Assembly (NCBI RefSeq): GCF_000002075.1
Contig: NW_004797272.1
Location: forward strand, 4,313,839-4,377,838
Reading direction: 5' to 3'
Source: Aplysia californica
Lineage: Eukaryota
DNA length: 64,000 bases
This document shows, piece by piece, positions 14,523 to 28,420 of the stretch; within the stretch, counting starts at the first letter, position 1; every line of letters starts with the position of its first letter. The notes under the pieces are model-generated. The model saw only the letters and a list, made by a program, of their open reading frames with translations. It was not told where the DNA came from and did no database searches. The position numbers and the translations under genes were made by a program.

Positions 14523-16939
14523 CTTAGGAACACACCCCCTTTCTCTTTCATGGAAGTATGAAATCTTTGAAAATGTCCAAAATCTAAACCCTAACGCAAT
14601 GGGTGGTTGGAGGGTGCCACTTGTTGGTCTTAACTTTACTTTCCCTCTGTTGTATCTCTGTCTGTATGTCTTACTCCCCCCCCCCCCCCCCGTACTATTA
14701 GTATTAAATGACCATTATTGTGTCAATGTGCTTCTCTTTACTCAAACAAACACACCCTAAGGCATGCCCTCAATGTATAAGTATTATACACATGTTCCCA
14801 GGTGAAGCACTAGCTACTCGTTCTACCCTGTGGAAGCTTCACCAGGATTGGCCTGTGTAATCATATCAAGGGGATGATACTTCATAAAGCTAGTGATCAA
14901 TTTCATTTATTTCATTATAAACGCAAAAGCAGCTGGGAACTTTCTGTTCGTATTTTTTAATTTCCTGGTATTTCACGCTTTCTGTCTTTTGTTTCATCCT
15001 TTTGTGTAGCACATGTATCTTTCGAGGACTTTTTTTTCAGCTCACTGTCATACAAAAGCTCGGAGTGACAGTTGCTGTTTCTAGCCATAAAACGACTGTT
15101 GAAAAGACCATTATGAAGCACCACTTTGTTTAACTTCATCCTTCAGACAATTGTCGAACCACTTGGTTTCCCTAAATGAATACATGCATGTGTATCATGA
15201 GACCGCATTTGATGTCTTGTTATATTCATTGACATTTTTATTTTTTAAACTCTCAAAAAAGAATGACATTTATTGCTGGAGATTTTGCTGAACCAAAAAG
15301 TTGAGAGTAGCATAATGATTTCATTTCATCTCTATATTATAATAATCAACTGTACTTCTTTAGCCGTGGTGGTCAAGTGGGGCGGGGGGGGGGGGGGATT
15401 AACTAAGATACATAGGGAGCTATATTGTGAACTCATTAATTTGAGGAAATAGTGGGGGTTTTTTGTTAACCAAAGTAAATGAATTATGTCTCTCATCACG
15501 ATGAAAAGAAAACATATTGCACACTATATAGATTATACCAATAACTCCATATACCCTAAAATTGATGAGCGCCTTATTCCACAGCGTCGGGACACATAAA
15601 TATATATATATATACACACACAGACACAAAATGGAGGTCAGGTAAATTCATTCAAAGTGCTTTAAGTATCTTGTTTCCAACTGAAGCAGAGGTATTGTTA
15701 TGAAGATCCAAGTAGTTTTTTGCAAACATATGTCCATTTGTAGTTGTAATTAGTATTACCATTTTCTGAATGCTTTTGACTTTCCATCTTCTTGTACCTC
15801 TTGCTCTTACTATGGCATTCTAATTCGAGTCTGAGGTGAATTTAGGGAAATAGATCAGCAGATGGCTTTATTTTATTCCCTCAGAGTAATGGTCAATGAA
15901 ATTTTAAAGTTTTGTTCCTATGCATACGCCTTCTACAAGACAAGAATTGTATACTCTGTATGCAACATAATGTAACTGTGTACGCACCACCATATTCTTA
16001 TACATGACATACCATTCAGCCTTACAATTGATTCAACTGGTTTTGACTATGTTCTTTTGTTTCATAAATTCATTCTTTATATAAACTATGTATCTCTTAA
16101 ACACTATGTTTACAGTTTTAAAAGTGTTAAATAAAAGATTTAGTTGAATTAATATTGTTTCAGTGTCTTTACTTTTTGTTTTTTTCATATGTGGCTTGCA
16201 TCCTACTGTTGATGAGTTTTTTGTATGAAGTCATTTGAATGCATGTTGAACTGAGGTGTAGTGTAAGCTTTTTTTCATTTTACATGCATAGCTGCCAACA
16301 TTTTAAAATTTAAAACAAAAAAAGACTAAACCCACGTAGCTCTTCAAGATGATGGGCACTGGCCAAGTAACTTCCCTCTTAACCCTTCACATTATTCTGC
16401 ATTCATTAAAATGATGCCCAATAGGAAGATTTAACTATGGTAATGGACATTTCTGCAGCTGAACTATCAACTTTGTTTTCATTATTGTTCACAAATATCT
16501 GGTCTTCAAAGTTCCTAGTTTTACTTTAGTATTGGCAAGTGCGTGAGGGGCAATACTAGAAAACATGTGTATTCTGTACTCAGGCTCTGAAAAATGTATA
16601 AAATACATTTTTTGACTTGCTGGTTGACAGCCATGGACCTGCAACATCCTACTATAGTCTTGTTCACTTTCGTCTGACCACGGTTAAAACATGATTATAT
16701 CAAATCGCTGTTTAATCTTCTCAGATAACAGGATCTAAAAGCCCATTCATAAAAGTCACTGCAAATTAAGGTTCCGACACGTTTTCTTTGGTGTTAGCCT
16801 AAAGCGGGTCCAAAAAAATAATAGATTGACAGCATACACCTAAACATTAAAAAGTTTCTAAGTATTTTAATGTACACCTAAGAAACACGATCCAATAGAT
16901 GGTTTATTACTTTTAGAGACTCACATGGAGACGTCTAGA

Positions 16940-17462
16940 GGGGGCTCTCGTGGCCTAGAGGTTAAAGTGTTGGCCTCTTATTCAAAGGTCCCGGGTTCGA
17001 ATCCGGGTAGCGACCGAAACATTTTCTTCTCTAAAATTGTCTCATTTCACCTCCTTTCCTGCTCTCTAACAATGTTCTGTTGTCTGCTTTCATTTCCACT
17101 TTCTGCCCCCACCACCTCACCTCCTTTGCCCCCTCCTCTGGGCTGCTGACTCTTTCTGCAGCCTTTCTACTGCTACTCTACTCCTTGGCTCCTCCTAACT
17201 GCTGTCTTTCTGCCACTCCTCTGATCTTCTGGTAGGAAAGATCTACACCTAGCCTTCTCGGACAAGGGCGAAAAATCTCGGAGGGCCCGTGTGCAAGTTG
17301 CGCATGTTAAAAATCCCTTGGTGGTCTAAAATCGATAAGAGTAGGCTTCGGCCGCCACCCGCGCAAAATTCAAAATTTTCTACCAACTGAAAATATTAGA
17401 TGTGTCCCGCGCGCTCATATGACCTTATGCAGTTGCGAGCGCCGTAAAACACTTTACAAACA
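16940..17462 (+). mobile_element. Full-length tRNA-derived SINE with a Deu/Nin-like central domain and an I-clade LINE-type tail
   Basis: A box TGGCCTAGAGG at 16951, B box GGTTCGAATCC at 16994; 11-bp TSD AGACGTCTAGA/AGACATCTAGA; 3' hairpin GCGCTC...GAGCGC followed by an (ACAA)n tail. Confidence 0.85.
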
Positions 17463-18850
17463 AGACATCTAGATAGTTGTGGGATGAAATCTACAAGCTT
17501 ACACTAATGTGGGGGCAGGGTGGATTTTCAAAATGAGCAATTTGTAAGCTAAGTAAGGGTAAATCATAGTGATCTTGCATATGGACCTTAAGATCGGTTT
17601 TAATATAGGGCCCAAATAGAGAAACTTTTTATTACTTGACCAAGACTTTTTTTCTTAATTTTTGTTTGGTTGCTGGCATGCCGAAGTGCCATGCAAAGTT
17701 TCATAGGGATAGATACATTAATAAATGAGCTAGAATTTTTTTAATGCGAATAGATGAAAATGAACAAGCTATAGACATAATGTACAATGGTTCATCCCCC
17801 AACATGACATGTGAGCATTTGTGGTGTAGTGGTTAGGCTCTTCACCCTTTCAAGCGAAAACTTGAGTTCGATTCCTGCATGGGGAGGTTTTTTTTATGGG
17901 GGACCTCCGTCTGTCTACTGGGATGTTGTATAATCAGCCCAGATTGGTCCTGACACAGACAGGTTTGAAGTAGTCTGCCTCCATAATGGTTTAAACTGAG
18001 TTGTGGGAGTGCAAAACACTGACAATAACATAAATTTTAACAACAGGACACCAAGCAAAATGAAAATCCCAAAGGACAAACCAATCAAGACCCAACCAGA
18101 ATTCAAACCAAAAACTTCTGATTTGATCCCATGAGCGCTCACACCGAACCAAAAAGAACTTGTATTGTGTTGAGTGCTGTTAAGTTACTTTGCAGTATTC
18201 AAACTCAAACTTGCAAAACAATTAGGTCATATAAGTATAAGTGCTGAAGATCAGAGGTGTTACCCATATCTTCGGTGTTACTAGAGAGTAACAAACACAA
18301 AACAGAAGAAGGAGAGAATAGGACAACAAATATTTGATAGAAATGAAGGAGCAAACCACACCGGAACACCCACTAACCATCCACTAAAACTGAATTATAA
18401 AAAAACAACAGGACACGTTTTTGCACACAAACACATCATATCTTGTATTCAAAGTAATCCAAGACACTGTGTGACATCTCATGTTATACTAAATACATGG
18501 GAGTTACAAAACTAGTAACTCAACACACCAGACATAACCAAAACCTAGTATTTTACTCAAGAAACATATACATACAGTAGAATCCGGCTAATACCTGCTG
18601 TTCATTCATTCATTGATATTGATTATAACGATGACGCAAATTTTAACGTTTCAACATTTTAATTAGAAATATTTACCAAAATCAGGGAGTGTGGTGAACT
18701 AATGCGAAAAAAACCCAACTTATTTTGCGCGCTCACATGACATTATGCAGTTGCGAGCACGTGAAAATGACTCTTACTCAAAAAAAAACAACTAAAAAAA
18801 CCCCACAAACTCAAGTCTACTGCAATTAAGGACAAAGACCATTGCCAATA

Positions 18851-19297
18851 CTGCTGTAAGCTGACAAAACGCCTTTTTCCATTTTTTTTTTTTAAAAAGT
18901 TTTAGTAGTAGAGGTTTTACGGCGCTCGCAACTGCATAAGGTCATATGAGCGCCAGAAGATTAGAGGTGTTACAAGAGAGTAACAAACATAAAAAAGAAG
19001 AAGGGGAGATAAGGACGATAGATGTCTGATAGTAAAGATGAAGCAAACCACGCCAGAGCACCCGCCAACCACTCACTTTTCCATTTTTGACCCCAAATAT
19101 TTTTGTTTGCTTAATATAAAGCCTGATCAGTTCCCCTATTCGTGTGAAAAAATTAAAGTGAAACTGTGACTAGTTTTTGAGTAAATTAGATTTAAATTTC
19201 GGAAGAACACCTTTTTGAAATGGTTACGCTGACAAAAAGCCTCATCTCGAAACCTGTGACTAAAAAAAAGCGTTTTGTCACTGTCAGCTTACAGCAG
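18851..19297. mobile_element. MITE (TIR CTGCYGTAAGCTG) interrupted by a 5'-truncated SINE at ~18890-19076
   Basis: Uninterrupted sister copy at 44012-44271; insertion flanked by the 12-bp TSD TTTTCCATTTTT. Confidence 0.8.
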
Positions 19298-20719
19298 AAT
19301 ACTCAAACAGACATTGGCCAGCCAAGACTTTCTATTCCTCACTGTGAGCGCAAAGAGAGACACTCAATACATGTACTATACATACAGTCGATCTGCAAAC
19401 TGTTGGAAAATGATTAATTATAGTAATTGCATCTTTCAATTAACTCACACCTACTGCTCCTAGCATACGCCGTGCTAGTTCAGCTGACTCAAAGCATTGT
19501 TCAGTTATTTACAGTCATTACAAAAATCTATCAAACCCCAACCAAACCTTGTTATCTATAATCAGTCTGTATGTTTACTGAATCATTCATTTCTAATCAG
19601 TTTAGTGTTTACTTTATGAAAATAGCTTAAATAAAAGCAGAGTTTTAGGGAAGTTCGAGATGCTGAAAACTTGGATAATACAATTGGTTGCGAACAAAGA
19701 AAGAATAATTGCTTTGTGTGTACAAAAATGTTTCTTAAATATACATATTGGCATCATTCATTTACTATTAACTTCCCTTTCACCCTCAACTTGCTTTAAT
19801 GTGGAAAAAGGTCCAAGCATATTCTGTTTCTGTTTTAATGGGTATGGGGTGGGGGTTATGAATGAAAAGAGCGCAGCTAGGGGACCTTTCAGCTTAAGTC
19901 ATCAAATGCACTGAGCTTTCATCTATTGTGTGATCAATGGGACACATGGCTGTCTTAAATCCAAACCTAGCCGAATCCAAAAATCAATCTCTTACAAATA
20001 TCTACAGTATAACAGAAAAAGACCATAGTTTTAGTCTTCATATTTGAAATACAAACTGGCATTAAACTCAGGTTGGCTGGCGCTCATATGACCCTATGCA
20101 GTTGTGGGCGCCGTAAAACCCTCTACTATAAAAAAAACAAAAAAACTCAGGTTAAAAAAAAATGTCAGTGTAGTCAAAGAGAAATTAAGATGAACATTTT
20201 CTGACATACTCAAGTTGACCTCTTACGCTTAGTTTCCTCCTTTGTGTACAGCCAATTTCGTGATTCACGTTTTCAGTATCACAAACTTCCCAATTACTTC
20301 GCTCGTAGTTAACCTATCTGCATAAAATACACACCAAAAGAAATAGAAATGAATGATCCAAGCAATAAATTTAGTTTGATTATTATAGATATCAAGGACT
20401 TGCTGTGGTTTGATGGATTTTTGTTGCAGTTGCAAATAACTGAATGATGCTGTAAACCAACTCAACTGGCGCCATATACTCAAGTCTAGACACATAATCT
20501 GGATTCTACAGAAACAGGAAGGAAAAGATCATTTACTGGTAGAGATAGAAGAGTAGAGGTCATATTTCCCTGACCAGTAATATAGCTGCACTGGTGATAA
20601 GCTGTATTTGCCTGTCTCTTAACATCACGCACAATAAACACATCAGTGCCTGTGAGAGGACTTCATAACATCCAACAAATCACTCCCCCTCACTTATCAA
20701 AACAGCAAACTAAATAAAC

Positions 20720-20767
20720 AGAGAAAGTAGAACACAAAGTTTATTTGCGTATAAACACTTTATATAT

Positions 20768-20808
<41 letters not shown>

Positions 20809-23800
20809 CCTATGACAACAAGGGCCTAGGCAGACACTATACCATACCCAAAGTACAGAATCTCACACACAAAAAAGAAAGGAACACGCGTTACTTCTTT
20901 CTTTTTCCTTGTTGTTAAAAGAGACGCCTCTAAACCAGAAATGACAGGGTTATTCAGCAATCTGTACTGGAGTCATAAAAAAGTCTTCACAACTTTCAAG
21001 ACATTTTTTGCTCTTTACTAAAGCTTTCCACATTCTTGACAATAATACTATTGTCAATTCCAGAGTCAACCAAACAAGCAAAAAGGTATATCATTTCCTT
21101 CATTAACTTCTATTGTACATTTTAAAAAACGACCTCCATCTTTTCAATATAAAAAAAACATTATGGCACTCAGCCCAAGGGAATGATCCCACGAGTGGCT
21201 GGAATAATAACAATAAAAATATGACTTACTGTCACCGACAAAGGTAAAAGAAAATGGCACAACTTAAAACCCTCATATAAATCAATAAGACCGGAGAAGC
21301 ATCCCGAAGTAAAAGTGCTATAAAAAAACAATATGAAATGTCAATAGCATTTTTCAAGGCTGAAACTAGCGAGCTCTGGTGTATCAAAAGAAAAAAGCAT
21401 TCATGTTTAATACTAGGCAGGGTAAGCAACCAAAAGAAGGGCACATACACAGAAAGCATGAAATGTCAACGATATACAGGCTGTCCCTAAAGTTACTATT
21501 ATTCAGATAATAAGTTGGAAACAACTCGGTTCTCGATGCCCTGTGTTCTGGTTGGACAAGTGTGAGTTATTTTCAGCCTAACTGTACAGATCTACTTGGG
21601 CAATCTACTTCCCCTGCCGCCTCAGTAAAGCAGTATCACACATACTACTTTAAGATGGTTTGTTAAGACCCAAAAGTTCAGTAACTTTACAGACACCATG
21701 CATAAATTTAATCAATTTCTTTTAAAGACAACAAAAACAGAAAGTTATATATATAAAAATCATCTTTCCCTATATACGTTCAAAATTTTCATGTTAACTT
21801 TCTTTTCAAATCTTTTTTTTTTTCCAAAGAAAATAAATGCATCACAGAACCATCATTATTTAACTTAATCCTTACAGTACAGCCAGGAATATCACTCTCA
21901 AAAACTTTCACAACAGCACCCATGGACATCTGCACTAGACTTACTCCATAAGAATACACTTTGAAATTACATAAATTAATATACAAACAAGAAAACAGAT
22001 TCTAAATTGACTGGTTAGATACGAGTAATAGATCAGATTGTATAATATAACTAAATGAGGTCATAAATACATTTTAAGTGTTATAGAAGTTCAAGCTTTA
22101 TCAAACCACTGATCACAGCAAAAACTACAAGGACAAGTGATACAATTGTTTTCAAAGGAAAAGATTAAATTATAGATGTATATATATATAGAAAATACCT
22201 CCAACATCAGTAATACATTGTGAACATCAGCTGATAACAAGTTTTCAAAAAATGCCCCACTGAGGTGATGCTTCATTGATGATGAGCAAATACAGTAGGC
22301 CTACCTGAATGCTATTACATCAATTTTAGAATTCTTAAAAATAATCCAAGCTCACGCAATCAGACAGCAAATAAAGAGTTATTTTGCAGTATCTTAAAAG
22401 ACAAAGTATGGTAAGAAAAACATTCTGAAAATGTGAACACTCTTTAGTCACAAAGGCAGGAAGAATGTAACAAACAAACAGCATGACTCATATCATAGTC
22501 AATTATTCAAGAAATGCACAGCTCTTGTTGACTTGTCGTTAATACAAGTACAGGAATAAAGTCAGTAACCAGTACGGACTTTCAAAGAATAATTATACAT
22601 ATAAAACAATAACTACAGCATATGTTTCATGACACCGTGGAATCAGCAGCTCATCAATTTTCGTGCATATGGAGTTATTGGTATAATTCTAAAGCCTGTT
22701 CATTTTGCCTTGCTTTAAATGGAAAAAAATACGGATCAATCTTGAAAAAAAGTTAACATATCTGTGATTGAAGGAGGTGGGAGTCACCTGGTATAGTGAG
22801 AAAATAGCCTCGAAAGTTTGATGGCTTCCAAAGCTTGAGTGTCCTTGAAAACTGCAAACTGACAATATTTTAATGCTTTTGATCAACGTTTATCAGTCAA
22901 ATCCCTCCCCAACTAGACCCTAAATAACACAACAAAAACAGTACGCTGAATAAAAACTGAACCCTCTGTATGAAATAAATCTGACAAAACTGGAAGTTCT
23001 TACGGGTCTGAAAGTACAATAGAGCACAACAAACATTAACGCAGTAAACTCAGAAACACAAATTCCCCGTCTTTAAGCCTCAGTCTAATTTTTTTTTCTT
23101 TCTCTACATTATATATTTTCCTTTTTAAAAAACATTTCATGCAAAATTCAAACCAAAAGAGAGAACCCAATTAAATTTGCTAGCCATGAGCAAAATTCAA
23201 ATAAAGAGAACACAATGTCAAGTAAGTATTTAAGTTTCTCTGTAAATTTTTACACTTATATTGATGGAATAAGAGGGGGCAAGGCAGGAAGACATTATCT
23301 CCCAGCAGCTACCCCCCCCCCCCCCCCCCGGCCGCCTCGACCAGTCCAACACTCCTGTCGATCTCACGTCAGCAAGCTCGTGCATCTCACGTTACATGAT
23401 TGCCCACGCATGGGAGAAACCGCGAGTGCACAACTCCGTCGGGGGAAAGGTGAAGCCACCACCGGAGAGGGACAGAGAGAGACCTAACCGTCAGACAGAG
23501 AAAAGTGTTATCGCAGCTAAGATGCAACACGAAGAGCCCCATCCTGCAGGAGTATCTCCATGCAATAGGCTCCGCTCCCAATGATTCCTGTCTGGCGAGT
23601 GGCACGAGTCCTGACGACCTGCAGCACGCACTGTATGAGTGCCCGCGGGGGGAAGCACATCAAGGCCCACTTAAGGAGAACAACGCGAGACCGGGCCCAG
23701 ATGTACTCTGGACGAGGCCACACGAGGTTACCTCTTACCTGTCTGCCTGCAGCAGACTGCCACCCTCCTAACGGAGGCCAGCCAGAGGAAGAAAGGAAGC

Positions 23801-24633
23801 TAACCAAACCCCACCCCCCCCCCCAAAAAAAAAAACCCCAACCAAACAACAAACAAACAAACAAACAAAAAAACTGCACTCCAAGAAAGAGGTAGACGGA
23901 CATGGTTCAAGCGGTTCTAGCTGCATTATCATCTAAGTTCTTTGGCAATGACACAGAGAAAGACTCGGCAGTACAAAATAATAGGCAGGCAGGTTAGTCA
24001 CACTGTATTCACAGTATTCATATCGCATGTCACTACATTCTCAGTTAACATTCTAACCTAACCCAAAATGACTTTGTGACAGGGGAATAAATAGTTTGGA
24101 TCAAGCTTGTGGAAAGTAAAGATAAATTTCCTTGCTTCTGATGGTTCTAAAGCATGCAAATGTAAAGCAACCAAAACTTCTGATTTGTTCGTTTGTTGAG
24201 TAAAGAGAAGCACATCGACACAAGAATGGTCATTTAGTGCTGGGAAATAGTAAGACAGACAGACAGAAACAACACAGGAGAAAGTAAAGAAGTAGGATCT
24301 ACCAGTGGCACCCTCCAACCACCCACACTTCTGAAGTACAAAACAATAAAATTCAACACCACAAAACATTACCGGAGAAACATTACTTGAAAAACTCAAA
24401 ACAAACAGAATGTTACATGAGAACGAGTAATCTGTGCTCAACTGTGGAATAAATAAATCAACCCTCATACAAAGCAGAACAGCATCAACCAATCAGACAT
24501 CAGATCTCTAGAAAATGTTCAGTTGTCCTCTACAGACACAAAAAAGCCAAAGTATATCCAATCCCTTTATGCTAGCACAAGGCACACAAGACAGATTCTC
24601 CAAAGACATGGTTGTTCTAGGTAGTATATCCGG
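20720..24633 (-). other. Putative GALT 3' UTR (~3.9 kb)
   Basis: Minus-strand AATAAA at 20740-20745; A/C-rich + strand consistent with minus-strand transcription. Confidence 0.4.
23330..23875 (+). mobile_element. Ingi/I-group LINE 3' fragment
   Basis: LSQLRCNTKSPILQEYLHAIG..SCLASG...DDLQHALYECP (degenerate C-terminal zinc knuckle of ORF2); A-rich (AAAC)n tail. Confidence 0.65.
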
Positions 24634-24696
24634 CTACTGACTTCCCTCTTTGTTCTTGTAGTGAACCCTTGGCAAATTCCTCAGCCTCTCAGCAGC
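24634..24696 (-). CDS. GALT: GALT last coding exon
   Basis: ttttcAG|AAERLRNLPRVHYKNKEGSQ-TAG; the ten exons sum to 1062 nt = 353 aa plus stop, in frame. Confidence 0.93.
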   Translation of the reverse strand, partial: AAERLRNLPRVHYKNKEGSQ

Positions 24697-24949
24697 CTGA
24701 AAATTATGGCACAACATTGTAGTAAAGTAGGCCTAAATATATTAACACTAAAAAATATAGCAAGCAACAATGTCAGTAAGACTCCATATTTTTCTTGACA
24801 TAAAGATGCATTTCGTATGAATTGCTAAATCTCCTAGAATTGATTACAAATATAACTAAAATCACTATTGCCTCAAAAGTTCCACAAAAAAAAAACCTGC
24901 AAGAAAATAAAAACGTAATATCAATAAAAACAACCAAAATTATGACTCA

Positions 24950-25118
24950 AAGCTTTAGAGGCTTGTAAAACTTTCAGCCTGAGTGAAGTTTAGTTTTGTA
25001 AAAATTTCAGCAAAAGTAAAGCTTATAGTCATAAATAAAACTTCCTGCTAGAGTAAAGCTTACAGTCTAATAAAACTTTCTGCCAGAGTAAAGTTCATAG
25101 TTTAATGCAACTCTCTGC
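24950..25118. repeat. ~35-bp minisatellite, about 5 imperfect units
   Basis: Unit ~GAGTAAAGCTTAYAGTCTAATAAAACTTTCTGC. Confidence 0.75.
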
Positions 25119-25199
25119 GAGATGGCCGACACAAAGTCACAAGAATTTCCTCAGCTGGCCTCTTCATTCCAGTTTACCCAATCAGACCCTGGAGGACAT

Positions 25200-25420
25200 A
25201 CAGCAAGGCAGCCTTTATCCCACTCATGCATTGGCATTTACATCATGTCTCTATCTGTAACGAATACCAGGTACCCATTTACAACTCGGTGACTAATGGA
25301 ATATAATATAAGGAAATAGGATCTTTCAAAAGAATACAATGTTCTACCTTGAGGGGCCAGAAATCAAAACCGCACTTCTGTACAATTACAAGCCTAATCC
25401 CTTAACCATAACCTAGGATG
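25200..25420 (-). mobile_element. Degenerate CORE-type tRNA SINE
   Basis: CCAGGTACCCATTT...GGTG core and a reversed tRNA head (CCTTAACCAT); related copy at ~53975-54125. Confidence 0.5.
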
Positions 25421-25881
25421 CCCTCAGGAAATATCTATTAGAAACTTGCGTTTGGTCCTCTTTTTCATTGAAACACAGACCTCCACTTCCAAGTTTCTTG
25501 CCAAAAAAAATAATCTCAAAACCAAAACAAGGCAGTTATAAATAATCTCTTGCTGATACATTGCATATGGATGTCAGAAACCATTTTGAGTGTCCCACCA
25601 TAACATTTGACTTATCCTGTTTTACAACACGTGAAACATACCATATTTTCGATAAGCTGTTAAAATGTTCTAAGCTTAGAAAGTGAAATTTTACTGGGGG
25701 GAGAAAAAATCTGTTTCTATCTTCCAACGATTGTACCTACAACATGTACTTTTTCTTGCTTTTTTTTTTGGTCAAGATTTAGAACTTGAATTTCGACAAA
25801 ATATTCCTTGAGCACATGCAACCAATACTACTGATTAAGAAACTGAAATGTTTTAAATTTCAAAACTTCGGGCATAGTTCA

Positions 25882-26151
<270 letters not shown>

Positions 26152-27078
26152 CTAACCTTGCTATAAGTAAGACAACACAACTTTATCTGAAACGAGAGAA
26201 GATTAATTTTTAAACATAAATGATAGAAGTCTTCTTTTTTTTTTTTATGATACTAGTCAAATATTCTTTCCGAGCTCTAAAAAATTATTTTTGGCATTAA
26301 ATTTGTCTAAAACCTTCACCATTGTTGAGTGATTTATTGTGAGCTCAGGCTCAACATAAATGTCAAGCATATGCAGGTGACAAAACGTTTAGGTGGGTGG
26401 TCACTGGAGAGTGTCCTTGGGCATGACATAATAGCCCTAGCTAAAAAATTAGGGTGCTGCACAGTGGCTGTCAGCAATAGTGTGTATGTGGGGTAACTGT
26501 TATGTATGTATCTCTGTAGTTACATGTAGTTATATTTATACATGTATAATATTATGTTACACCCTTATAAACCAACTTTCTCAACAGGGATTTTTTTTAA
26601 AGTGTACTTTACTTATTTATTTACTTATTCTACAATATATCACAGCAATACAGAGCACTGGCTTTACTTGACTCACCAACTGTACTCAGACTAGTATTAG
26701 CCTTCACATTGGTAAAAGAGAAGTACTCTTTACATGAATAATAACAGAATATTTTCAAAATAAGCTCATACAAAAGCTTAAATTAATTCATTTTAGAGTG
26801 TTATTTCTAATTATCCATCTGACTTGGAAAGGGCGTACAACCAAGACAGATGAACTTGCACGTAAGCAGCTAGCAAGAGATAAGGAAACAAATACAAGAC
26901 AAAAAATAGCCAAAGGGCTGTAGTCAAGAGTCCCTTATTATAATATTGAAAGAAGGAAAATATGCAAGAACTTTCTTAAATGCAGCTTATAATATTCTCA
27001 CATAATAATTTATTTTCCTATTTCTTTCACTAACTAAAACTATGAACCACACAATTTATCAAAGCTGAATGAGTGTCA

Positions 27079-27297
<219 letters not shown>

Positions 27298-27311
27298 TTA
27301 TTGTCCCAGAA

Positions 27312-27543
27312 TAGTGGTGGGCAAAATCCGGATAATCTGTCCGGATAACCAGACAATTCTCAAAGAAACGTTATCCGAATTCAGACTCTTAAACTCTCTG
27401 ATCCGCTTGACCACGTGAGTGTACCCATTTGTCGAAGTGGTTCTAATCCATTTGTCGAAGCGGTTTATAACATAATTATTTGCCAAAGAGATGCACTAAC
27501 ATATTATCCGGATTTCGCTAAAGCGACTCATGGCCCAGCCCTA
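27312..27543. mobile_element. hAT MITE
   Basis: TIR TAGTGGTGGGC / GCCCAGCCCTA; 8-bp TSD TCCCAGAA/TCCCAGAG; subterminal ATCCGGATAA repeats. Confidence 0.75.
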
Positions 27544-28287
27544 TCCCAGAGGGAAATTTTTCTTGGCTGTACAGGACCGTAAAAACACATGCATTAAAAT
27601 CCAACATGAAAAGAAAAGTAAAGCTGACAAAACAGATCAGATGCATCATTCAACCACATGCAGGAATTTAATTACACGACCTTCAGAGTTATATAAATAC
27701 ATACTTGAAAAAGCAATACACATTGTATTGTTTATGCTGACAGTAGTCTTATGCAAGATGGAAAAAAACTGTTTTTGTATCTTTTTTTCTGTTTGTAGAG
27801 GTACATATCTGCCGTTGCGTGATCTGACAATTTGTTTAGAAAGGGGGCGTGATGGGTCGTTTATAATACTGTTCATCTTTTTTATACTTGTGATCTTAAC
27901 CATTTCATCAATTCTAATAAAATGATATCCAGAGATCTAGCTGGCTTTCTTAACATTCTGTCAAAGCAATATTTTATAGTGGAGATATTTGTATTGTTGG
28001 TTTTGAGGATAGTGGGGTGGATTTGGTGGGGGAGGGGAATGTAAAAAAATAGTAAGCTTGAGTAGCTATTGTGAGACATGGCCTACTTGGTAATGAAAAT
28101 TTTCTTTTTACTTCATGTCATCAAACAACAAAATGCTGAAAGTCTGTAATTATATATCTAAAAACAACGCTCTGGAATTTACAGACTGACAACATTAACG
28201 ACTGCTCACTGTAAGAATCCATCACACGTCACTTTTCAAAATGGTGTATGACAGCGTCTTGCAGTAAGCAGTCCATTTGGAACATAC

Positions 28288-28420
28288 CATTTTTCTCCTC
28301 ATCAGTCTGATCTTCAAAGCGCAGGATGTGCCTTCGTGGCAACAGCATAGTCTCAAACGGCCATGTGGCCCAATAGGGAACAAGCCACACCCAGTGTTTG
28401 GACTCCAATATTATACGCTC
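28288..28420 (-). CDS. GALT: GALT exon 7
   Basis: ERIILESKHWVWLVPYWATWPFETMLLPRRHILRFEDQTDEEKN; 133 nt. Confidence 0.95.

Larger units (their letters stand above)
6329..16160 (+). other. Putative very long Csk 3' UTR
   Basis: T/G-rich + strand with no recognisable exons; AATAAA at 9769-9774 and 16130-16135, the latter followed by T/GT-rich sequence; composition bias flips shortly downstream. Confidence 0.45.

Noticed and set aside
14883-14905. miR-79/miR-9-like ATAAAGCTAG
   Set aside because: No complementary arm or precursor hairpin nearby
16940-17015. tRNA gene
   Set aside because: A and B boxes are present, but the acceptor stem pairs poorly and the sequence continues into a SINE body with TSDs; 14297 and 17812 are likewise SINE heads
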